This document shows positions 8,750 through 15,484 of a DNA stretch of 32,000 bases, one piece after another (the stretch's first letter is position 1; the number at the start of each line of letters is the position of its first letter). The position numbers and the translations under genes were made by a program. The stretch comes from an uncultured Alphaproteobacteria bacterium (GTDB lineage Bacteria > Pseudomonadota > Alphaproteobacteria > Rs-D84 > CACZYB01), in NCBI GenBank assembly GCA_934246625.1, contig CAKQHZ010000001.1:360001-392000 (forward strand), in the 5' to 3' direction. A model generated the notes under the pieces. The model searched no databases and had not been told where the DNA came from. It saw nothing but the letters and a program-made list of their open reading frames with translations.

Positions 8750-10348
8750 CTAATTCAAAAAATTAACATCGGCTGGTGAAATCACCTTTGTCTTTGTAAT
8801 ACTTCCACCAACAATTTCCTTTACGTCCATATTTCTTTCACTGCTTCCATTACGAGTAAAACGGAAAATTCCATTTATACCGGTCCAACCATTTGGATTT
8901 AAAATATCAGAAGAATCAATTTCTCCATTATTTGAAATTGTGCCAATCAATGCAACTGCATCATAAGCAAGAGATGCAATTTTATTTGGTGTTTTGCCAA
9001 AGAATTTTTGATATGCTTGATTGAAACTTCCACTATATTTTGTTGATACAGATGGATACCATGCTGAACGGAAAGCTCTTTCATTATAGATTTTTGGATT
9101 TTCAAGTTGTGATGTTCCAATAAATTTAATTCTGTCAGGGTGAACATCATAATACATTAAACTTGAACCAATCATAATAACATCATTTATGTCATCACCA
9201 TAAACAAAAATGCTGTCAAATTCTGGGTCTGAAATAGTTGTCTTTTTTGCAAACTCTTCTAAAGTTTGTTCCAAAAATGCAACTTCGTCATCACTTGATT
9301 GATATTGTTCTTTGTCATAAGCAGATAAGTATTCAGTATTATCTTCGTTTGCCTTTAAAGAATTAAGATAATCAAGCCTTGCCTTTGCATCAGACATATA
9401 TTGTTTATATTCTGCTGAACGTCTGTCAAAATCAGATACGTCCTTGACTGATTTCATTAAATCTTCCTTTTTATTTTTATATGACCTTGAAATTACAACT
9501 TCGCCACCAAAATCAGATGTATATCGTTTGAAATATTTATTGATATAATCTCCTGTTTCATTATCAGGAACAATTATTGCAAATTTGTTATAGCCATTTG
9601 CAATACTATATTCAACTATACGCTTTATTTGTTGTTCAATCAAAAATCCGATTGAAAATACATTTTTTGATAACACAGATTGGTCAGTTGTAAATGATAT
9701 AATCGGTGCATTTGAAACCTTTTTTGCAGAAGCAACTTCGTCAGCAAAAAGTGGTCCAACAATTATATCAGCATTGTCTTCATTTGCCTTTAGTGTTGCT
9801 TCCTTTGCACCACTTGAAGTTCCCTTTGAATCATAAAATTGTAAAATAATTTTATCTGAATTAAGATTAAATAATGCCATAGTAGCAGCATTTTTCAAAT
9901 CATTTGCAACGGCACTGGCATTTCCAGATAATGGAAGTAAAACTGCAATTCTTAAATACTCATCAGATACATTTCTTTCCTTTGATGCCTTTTCAAATGA
10001 GGGCACATCTTCTTCTGTTTCAACAATTTCTTGGATAGGGGTATCAATTTCTTCTTCTATAGAATCACCATATTTTGTTGCAAGTTCAGATTCAGTATAT
10101 TGTGCACCATAAGGTGTATAACTATATGTTCGTTCAGGAGTATTTGAAAAATCAAATAACTTTTTTGCATTTGAAACTTTTGTATCGTTTTCAATAACTT
10201 CTTCCCTTGTTGGCACAGGAGCAACAGGCTTTACAATCGTTGTTAATTTTTTTGGTTTATTTATTGCACGTGGAGTTTTATTCATAGATGAACAACCTGC
10301 AACAAATAATGATATACATAGCAATGAAATATTTAAAAATTTTTTCAA
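8750..10348 (-). CDS. Lipoprotein, LpoA/LppC-family penicillin-binding-protein activator-like (type-1 periplasmic-binding fold)
   Basis: Lipobox LFVAGC. The segment RIAVLLPLSGNASAVANDLKNAA...IIVGPLFADEV resembles the LpoA C-domain. It lies divergent from rsmI, as lpoA (yraM) and rsmI (yraL) do in E. coli. Confidence 0.65.
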   Translation of the reverse strand: MKKFLNISLLCISLFVAGCSSMNKTPRAINKPKKLTTIVKPVAPVPTREEVIENDTKVSNAKKLFDFSNTPERTYSYTPYGAQYTESELATKYGDSIEEEIDTPIQEIVETEEDVPSFEKASKERNVSDEYLRIAVLLPLSGNASAVANDLKNAATMALFNLNSDKIILQFYDSKGTSSGAKEATLKANEDNADIIVGPLFADEVASAKKVSNAPIISFTTDQSVLSKNVFSIGFLIEQQIKRIVEYSIANGYNKFAIIVPDNETGDYINKYFKRYTSDFGGEVVISRSYKNKKEDLMKSVKDVSDFDRRSAEYKQYMSDAKARLDYLNSLKANEDNTEYLSAYDKEQYQSSDDEVAFLEQTLEEFAKKTTISDPEFDSIFVYGDDINDVIMIGSSLMYYDVHPDRIKFIGTSQLENPKIYNERAFRSAWYPSVSTKYSGSFNQAYQKFFGKTPNKIASLAYDAVALIGTISNNGEIDSSDILNPNGWTGINGIFRFTRNGSSERNMDVKEIVGGSITKTKVISPADVNFLN

Positions 10349-10420
10349 GATTTTCTCGCTTTTTTGTTTATATATGTTAATATTCTTTTAGTTATATTAT
10401 AATAATGCAAGGTTTTAAAT

Positions 10421-11287
10421 ATGACAAGTAAACTTTCAAAAAATATTAAAAAAAATATATTGAAATCTGGTCTTTATATTGTTGGAACTCCTATTGGAAA
10501 TATGGAGGATATAAGTTTTCGTGCTGTAAATACTTTGAAAAATGCAGATATTATCGCATGTGAAGATACCAGAGTTTCAAAAGTTTTACTTTCAAATTAC
10601 GGAATTGATACCCAAACGGTTAGTATTCACAATTATAACGAATCTGAAAAAATTGATTGGGTAAAAAATAAAATTGATGAAGGTTTAAGCATTGCTCTTA
10701 TTTCCGATGCTGGAATGCCTCTTATTTCTGACCCTGGATATAAGGTTGTAAGTGAACTTCGAAATTCAGGATATTATGTAAGTGTTGTTCCTGGTGCTAC
10801 ATCAACTATTTCTGCATTGGTATTGTCTGGTATGCCAACAGACAGATTTATGTTTATTGGCTTTGCTCCAACAAAGGAAAAAGAAAAATTTGCCTTTTTT
10901 GATGAGGTGAAAAATATTGATGCCTCTGTCATCTTTTTTGAAACTGCGAATCGTTTAACAGATACACTGAAAACACTAAATCAAATTTTCAAAGAAAGAA
11001 AAATTGCAATAGTTCGCGAAATTACCAAAATTTATGAAGAAGTAAAAACTGGAACACCAGAAGAACTTTTTAATCACTTTGCTCAAAATGGTGTAAAGGG
11101 TGAAATTGTCGGCGTTATTTCTCCTTGCAAAAAAAAGGAATCTTTTGATAGTGATAAAATTCAAAAAACTCTTTTGGAACTTTTGGAATATATGCCTCTT
11201 AAAAGTGCAAGTGAATTTGTTGCGAAGATATTTGATATTTCAAAAAAAGAAGTTTATAATTTAGGTATAAAATTAAAAAATAAATAA
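10421..11287 (+). CDS. rsmI: 16S rRNA (cytidine1402-2'-O)-methyltransferase RsmI
   Basis: Tetrapyrrole-methylase-fold signature LYIVGTPIGNMEDISFRAVNTLKNADIIACEDTR. 288 aa. Confidence 0.9.
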   Translation: MTSKLSKNIKKNILKSGLYIVGTPIGNMEDISFRAVNTLKNADIIACEDTRVSKVLLSNYGIDTQTVSIHNYNESEKIDWVKNKIDEGLSIALISDAGMPLISDPGYKVVSELRNSGYYVSVVPGATSTISALVLSGMPTDRFMFIGFAPTKEKEKFAFFDEVKNIDASVIFFETANRLTDTLKTLNQIFKERKIAIVREITKIYEEVKTGTPEELFNHFAQNGVKGEIVGVISPCKKKESFDSDKIQKTLLELLEYMPLKSASEFVAKIFDISKKEVYNLGIKLKNK

Positions 11288-11297
11288 GGGGTGAATT

Positions 11298-11846
11298 ATG
11301 ATAAAACTTTTAATCTGTGCTATTATGATGTTTATTTTTGCATTTCAATCAAATGCTTCTGAAGTTCAAACAAATAATTCCAAAGAAAAAGAAGTAATTT
11401 TTTCAAATCAAAGGGAAAATGAAAAAAAGCGTGATATCCAAACCTCTTTTAACATTTCTTTAAATACTGATGATGATGTCGAACTTACAGATTATCAAAA
11501 GGCATTATTAAATTGCGAATCTTTTAATGATGGCAATAAAACTATTATCGGATTTGTTGATGATAAGTGTAAAACCGAAGAAATTATTGATGATAAAAAA
11601 GTAGTATGTAATTTTGAAAAAGATGATTTAAAAACTGCAAGTGAATTCTATGCGGATAAAGAATCAAATATCCTTAAAACTATTGCTGGAAATTATAATT
11701 TTGATTTCAAAATGGATATTCCAGAAGTTGGCATAGATAAAAAAGACGATGATACTGTGTTTAATTTTAAAATGGCTTTGCCAAAAATTAAACTTGAAAG
11801 GACAAAAACTCCTTCTGAAATTTTAATTGAAAAATCTTGTAAATAA
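11298..11846 (+). CDS. Secreted hypothetical protein (182 aa)
   Basis: SD AAGGGGTG lies upstream of the ATG. Signal peptide MIKLLICAIMMFIFAFQSNASE, with several Cys in the mature part. No family recognised. Confidence 0.6.
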   Translation: MIKLLICAIMMFIFAFQSNASEVQTNNSKEKEVIFSNQRENEKKRDIQTSFNISLNTDDDVELTDYQKALLNCESFNDGNKTIIGFVDDKCKTEEIIDDKKVVCNFEKDDLKTASEFYADKESNILKTIAGNYNFDFKMDIPEVGIDKKDDDTVFNFKMALPKIKLERTKTPSEILIEKSCK

Positions 11847-11859
11847 AGGAACTTATATT

Positions 11860-12348
11860 ATGGCAACATCTTCTAAACCTCATATTATATCAACAGGGAT
11901 TATTGCTGAAAATAGAAAAGCTCATTTTAACTATACTATTACTGATACATTTGAAGCTGGACTTGCCCTTAATGGAAGCGAAGTAAAAAGCCTTAGAATA
12001 GGACAAGCAAATATTACAGATGGATATGCAACGCCAAATGGTGAAGGAAGTTTCGTTATAAACAATATTACCATTGGAAAATATTCTTCTGAAAATCCAT
12101 TTGCTCCACACGAAGAAAAACGTCCTCGCCCTCTTCTTCTTAACAAAACTCAAATTAAATATTTAATTGGTGTTTATAATCGAAAGGGTGCAACTATTGT
12201 CCCATTGAAACTTTATTTCAATGAACGCGGTCTTGCAAAACTTCTTATCGGTGTGGGTGTTGGTAAAAACCAAGTCGATAAACGCGAATCCATAAAAGAA
12301 CGCGAATGGGAACGTGATAAGGCAAGAATTTTAAAGTTAAGGAGATAA
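11860..12348 (+). CDS. smpB: SsrA-binding protein SmpB
   Basis: AENRKAHFNY...EAGLALNGSEVKSLR signature. I moved the start to the ATG at 11860 (AAAGGA SD at 11845-11850), because the longer ORF from 11827 overlaps the upstream gene and adds a non-conserved leader. Confidence 0.95.
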   Translation: MATSSKPHIISTGIIAENRKAHFNYTITDTFEAGLALNGSEVKSLRIGQANITDGYATPNGEGSFVINNITIGKYSSENPFAPHEEKRPRPLLLNKTQIKYLIGVYNRKGATIVPLKLYFNERGLAKLLIGVGVGKNQVDKRESIKEREWERDKARILKLRR

Positions 12349-12350
12349 TT

Positions 12351-13496
12351 TTGAAATCAAAAAAAATCTTTATTATTGCAGGTGAAGTATCAGGGGATAT
12401 ACTTGGTGCTGATTTAATGAAATCCATCATTTCTAAAGACAAATTCGTAAAATTTTATGGCGTTGGTGGTGAAGAAATGCAAAAAATCAATGGATTTAAG
12501 TCCTTATTTAACATAAAGGACATTGCAGTAATGGGAATTTTTGAGGTTCTTAAACATCTTTGTATTATAAAAAAACGAATCAAGGAAACGATAAATCAAA
12601 TCACAAAAATAAAACCCGATTTAATTATCACTATTGATTCACCTGGGTTTAATATGCGAATTGTAAAACAAATAAAAAAACAATTTCCAAATATTAAAAC
12701 TTTGCATTATGTAGCTCCTCAAGTTTGGGCATGGAAAGAAAAGCGTGCGAAAAAAGTTGCTTCACTTTATGACTATCTAATTTGTTTTTTTGATTTTGAA
12801 ATACCCTATTTTACAAAGTATGGGCTTAAAACATTTGCTGTGGGACATACAGCAATAAAAAATGTAAATGGAAATAGTGAGCGATTTTTAAAGACTTACA
12901 AATTATCAAAAAATGATAATGTGATAACAATGCTCCCTGGGTCAAGGGCGCAAATTGCAAAACGACTTTTGCCTATATATAAAGAGGTTGTTGAAAAACT
13001 TTATAAACAAGTTAAAAATTTAAAAGTTGTGATGCCTACAACTTCTACTTCCCATAACTTTATAATAAATGAAGTTGCAAAGTGGAACATAAAACCTCTT
13101 ATTATCACAACAAAGCAAGATAGATATGATGCTTTTGTGGCAAGTAAAGCTGTGCTTTCTATATCTGGAACTGCGGTTTTGGAAATTGCAGTTGCAAAAA
13201 CGCCTGTTATAGTAGCATATAAACTTTCACCTCTTTCATATATGATTGCAAAAAGACTTGTTAAAATAAAAAATGTTTCCCTTCCAAACATTATTATGGG
13301 GAAACAAATTGTTCCCGAATTTATTCAAGAAAGATGTAATGCAACTTTGCTTTCCAAGGAATTAAAAAAGATTATAACAAATAAACAATATCGTGATGGT
13401 ATGGTTAAAAACCTTGAAGAAATGAATAAAAAAATTACTCAAAAAAAGGCTCCATCTGATATGGCAAGTGATATAATTTTGAAAATTTTAGGATAA
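12351..13496 (+). CDS. lpxB: Lipid-A-disaccharide synthase
   Basis: N-terminal IFIIAGEVSGDILGADLM signature. 381 aa. TTG start at 12351 preceded by AAGGAG at 12339-12344. Confidence 0.9.
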   Translation: MKSKKIFIIAGEVSGDILGADLMKSIISKDKFVKFYGVGGEEMQKINGFKSLFNIKDIAVMGIFEVLKHLCIIKKRIKETINQITKIKPDLIITIDSPGFNMRIVKQIKKQFPNIKTLHYVAPQVWAWKEKRAKKVASLYDYLICFFDFEIPYFTKYGLKTFAVGHTAIKNVNGNSERFLKTYKLSKNDNVITMLPGSRAQIAKRLLPIYKEVVEKLYKQVKNLKVVMPTTSTSHNFIINEVAKWNIKPLIITTKQDRYDAFVASKAVLSISGTAVLEIAVAKTPVIVAYKLSPLSYMIAKRLVKIKNVSLPNIIMGKQIVPEFIQERCNATLLSKELKKIITNKQYRDGMVKNLEEMNKKITQKKAPSDMASDIILKILG

Positions 13497-13552
13497 AATT
13501 CTTGATATTATCCTATAAAAACTAACAAAAAACTAAGTTTTTGCGAAAATGC

Positions 13553-13578
13553 TTGATTTTTTTAAATAAAGGTATAAT
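13553..13578 (+). promoter_or_regulatory. Possible promoter for tRNA-fMet
   Basis: Perfect TATAAT at 13573-13578, 21 nt upstream of the tRNA 5' end. The best -35 (TTGATT, 13553-13558) leaves only a 14-nt spacer, so the -35 assignment is weak. Confidence 0.25.
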
Positions 13579-13599
13579 ATAGTTTTATTCTTTTTAAAT

Positions 13600-13676
13600 C
13601 GCGGGATAGAGCAGTCTGGTAGCTCGCAAGGCTCATAACCTTGAGGTCAGTGGTTCAAATCCACTTCCCGCAACCA
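13600..13676 (+). tRNA. Initiator tRNA-fMet (anticodon CAT), CCA encoded
   Basis: A 77-nt cloverleaf folded by hand: acceptor CGCGGGA/TCCCGCA with a C1-A72 mismatch, A11:T24, anticodon loop CTCATAA, T-loop TTCAAAT, then A-CCA. Closely parallels E. coli tRNA-fMet. Confidence 0.9.
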
Positions 13677-13794
13677 ATTTTTCCAAAAATCGATAATTTT
13701 TAATTTTCAAATCTAGTTCGTTTGATGCTTTGAAATAATTCAAATTTTTCAAATAGTTATAGTTAATGACTAAATCCCTATTATCAATATCTAC

Positions 13795-13823
13795 TTGAAA
13801 AGGGGAAACAAACATTATATCCT
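13795..13823 (+). promoter_or_regulatory. Promoter-like signal in front of the structured tract
   Basis: TTGAAA at 13795-13800, a 17-nt spacer, then TATCCT at 13818-13823. The same -10 hexamer is inferred for the tRNA-Glu promoter. The predicted start near 13829-13831 coincides with the first hairpin. Confidence 0.3.
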
Positions 13824-13828
13824 TTAAA

Positions 13829-14033
13829 TGTATTCATTCGAATACAAGGACTGTAGTAAGTCCATAAACAACTGCCGATATGAACCTTTCATATCGTGCC
13901 CCCACTAACCGGTGGGAGTCTTTGGTGTATGTACAGAGGATTACCTTAAAGACCAAAGAAGTCATTGTTGTTTATGATTTACTAACTCCCACCACTTTAT
14001 GGTAAAAGAGTCGTTTCATAATCCTGTTTTTTA
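13829..14033 (+). ncRNA. Candidate unclassified structured RNA (strand tentative)
   Basis: GC-enriched relative to neighbouring intergenic DNA, with no ORF of 60 aa or more. Hand-found helices are 13829-35/13840-46 (7 bp), 13848-52/13859-63 (5 bp), 13863-72/13967-76 (10 bp), 13876-84/13888-96 (9 bp), 13901-05/13912-16 (5 bp), 13919-26/13952-59 (8 bp) and a competing or pseudoknot helix 13911-19/13985-93 (9 bp). A T6 run lies at 14027-14032. Confidence 0.35.
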
Positions 14034-14038
14034 TTATT

Positions 14039-14569
14039 TTAAGATTTATTTTTTAGCAAAGATAAAACTTCTTTTATTTCTTTACGTGTTTTAAATGCTC
14101 TTTTTGGAATACCCAAAAAAGACATTTGACCATATTCGCAGATAATAATATCTTTTTCATCATATACTTTTATATCTTTATAATTAACTTTTGTTAAAGC
14201 AACTGGTTCAGTTTGATATGTAAGATAGCCTTTTTTAAAATCTACTAAAACAGGTAAATTTGTTAGTCTGTAGAACTTATAATATCTTTTAGAATAAATA
14301 GAAAAAATATTATATTTGCAAACGAAATAGTTAACATACATTACTAAGCCCAAAATAAAAGCGATTATAAAACCTGATTTTACTAAGGCATAAAAATTTC
14401 TATCCTTTACAACCAAAGACATTCCCACTGGCCAAAATACCAATATAAATAAAATTGCTTTTAATGATACTGTTTGAGCTTTTAAAGATTTTTTAAAATA
14501 AAAATTATCTCTCATTACTTTTAATAAATTTTTAAAATCTTTTAAGTTACATTGATATTGTATTTTCAT
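14039..14569 (-). CDS. YcxB-like membrane protein (two TM helices plus a C-terminal domain)
   Basis: AAGGAG SD inside the end of surA, with a 2-nt gap after the surA stop. Two central hydrophobic helices. The C-terminal ...FLGIPKRAFKTRKEIKEVLSLLK resembles the YcxB-family tail. The family call is made from memory only. Confidence 0.5.
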   Translation of the reverse strand: MKIQYQCNLKDFKNLLKVMRDNFYFKKSLKAQTVSLKAILFILVFWPVGMSLVVKDRNFYALVKSGFIIAFILGLVMYVNYFVCKYNIFSIYSKRYYKFYRLTNLPVLVDFKKGYLTYQTEPVALTKVNYKDIKVYDEKDIIICEYGQMSFLGIPKRAFKTRKEIKEVLSLLKNKS

Positions 14570-14571
14570 TT

Positions 14572-15462
14572 TTACTCCTTTATATCAATTATTGAATTTG
14601 CCTTTATTTTTTCAAAATATTTATTTGCATAGGCATCAAGTTTGTTTTGGAAAATCATATATTTTATATTTTCCTTTTCTTCATTTGAAACTTTTGGTGT
14701 ATATGTCCTTTTATCACAAATGAAAAATATTGTATCAAGTCCATCAAGTTTTATTGGGTCAAGTGCGGTTGAAAGCGGTGCGGACTTAGTTAAATTAAAT
14801 AAATCCCTTTGCATTTGAGAATCAAGTATATTCATTTTAAAACCACTTCCCGCTTCACCATTTGAATTTGCAAAATTTTCAAATTCTTCACAGGTGGAAA
14901 TTTGCTTTGCTTTTGTAATTAAACTTTCACTTTTATCCTTTAAAATAAATGGAATTAGAGTATATTCAAAATGGCTGTCCTTTGCCATATTATCAATAAA
15001 AAGATTTACTTCGTTATCTTGGACCTTTATATATGCACGCAAAACTTGCATAACAAATTTTGCCCAAATAACATCAGCCCTTATTTGTTCGTTTAAGACA
15101 TCTTCACTAACATCTGCTTCCTTTAAAATCTCAGCATAACCATTTGGACCAAGTTTTAACATATTAACCATATTTGATTTTGCGTGTTCGATTTCGTCCT
15201 TTGTCGCGGAAATGTTATACTTTCTTGCCTCGGCAATTTTGATTTTATCATCAATCATTTCATCAAAAACATTTTTGTAAATGTTATCATCTGACATCTT
15301 AATTTTTGTATGTTTTAAAAGAGCAGAAGATAATTTTTTTCGTTCCAATACATCATAGGAAGTAATGATTTCATCATTTACGATTGCTTTTATTTCAACA
15401 TTATCGGCTAATGATATGTTTGCAAAACATATTATGAAAAGAAATAATAATTTATAAAACAT
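14572..15462 (-). CDS. surA: SurA-like periplasmic chaperone
   Basis: Signal peptide MFYKLLFLFIICFANISLA, SurA_N-like VNDEIITSYDVLERKKL, and a position immediately after lptD. I moved the start to the ATG at 15462 (AGAGGGGGA SD upstream), because the ORF-track start at 15573 would overlap lptD by 89 nt. Confidence 0.7.
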   Translation of the reverse strand: MFYKLLFLFIICFANISLADNVEIKAIVNDEIITSYDVLERKKLSSALLKHTKIKMSDDNIYKNVFDEMIDDKIKIAEARKYNISATKDEIEHAKSNMVNMLKLGPNGYAEILKEADVSEDVLNEQIRADVIWAKFVMQVLRAYIKVQDNEVNLFIDNMAKDSHFEYTLIPFILKDKSESLITKAKQISTCEEFENFANSNGEAGSGFKMNILDSQMQRDLFNLTKSAPLSTALDPIKLDGLDTIFFICDKRTYTPKVSNEEKENIKYMIFQNKLDAYANKYFEKIKANSIIDIKE

Positions 15463-15484
15463 CACTTTCCCCCTCTTTATATCA

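Noticed and set aside
13633-13815. 60-aa ORF from the track on the minus strand
   Set aside because: It overlaps the 3' half of the tRNA-fMet gene in antisense and continues into AT-rich spacer. There is no SD and the composition is low-complexity. I consider it spurious.
13848-13900. Partial resemblance to a fluoride (crcB-motif) riboswitch: a short P1 hairpin followed by CCATAAACAACTGCC and a second hairpin
   Set aside because: The conserved GATGG-type P1 loop and the 3' pseudoknot partner are missing, the second hairpin is much longer than in the motif, and no downstream co-oriented gene exists to regulate.
13900-13945. Broader sequence similarity between the two tRNA-proximal tracts (shared AGTCTTT, GATTACC and CACTAAC 7-mers), considered as a permuted repeat family
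   Set aside because: The shared words occur in a different order in the two tracts, and three 7-mer matches between ~100-200-nt regions are about what chance allows. Only the hairpin with the compensatory change was kept, as a low-confidence finding.
13834-13965. 43-aa hydrophobic ORF on the minus strand (MTSLVFKVILCTYTKDSHRLVGARYERFISAVVYGLTTVLVFE) inside the structured tract, considered as a type I toxin candidate
   Set aside because: There is no Shine-Dalgarno sequence upstream of its ATG, and the peptide has scattered charges rather than a clean TM helix. An ORF of this length is expected by chance in a GC-enriched patch. It is only worth revisiting if ribosome profiling shows translation.
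13677-14038. Possible tmRNA (ssrA), one-piece or alphaproteobacterial two-piece, given smpB 1.3 kb upstream and a ...CTCCCACCA-like string at 13986-13994
   Set aside because: There is no T-arm (GGTTCGA.TCC) sequence, no GGGG...GGATTCGAC 5' element and no tag reading frame ending in Ala-Ala-stop on either strand. The CCACCA-like string is better explained as one strand of the 9-bp helix.
13677-14569. tRNA-fMet and tRNA-Glu as integration sites for a genomic island or prophage remnant
   Set aside because: No integrase, no direct repeat of either tRNA 3' end and no phage or IS genes are visible downstream of either tRNA. The flanking genes are core envelope and housekeeping functions.
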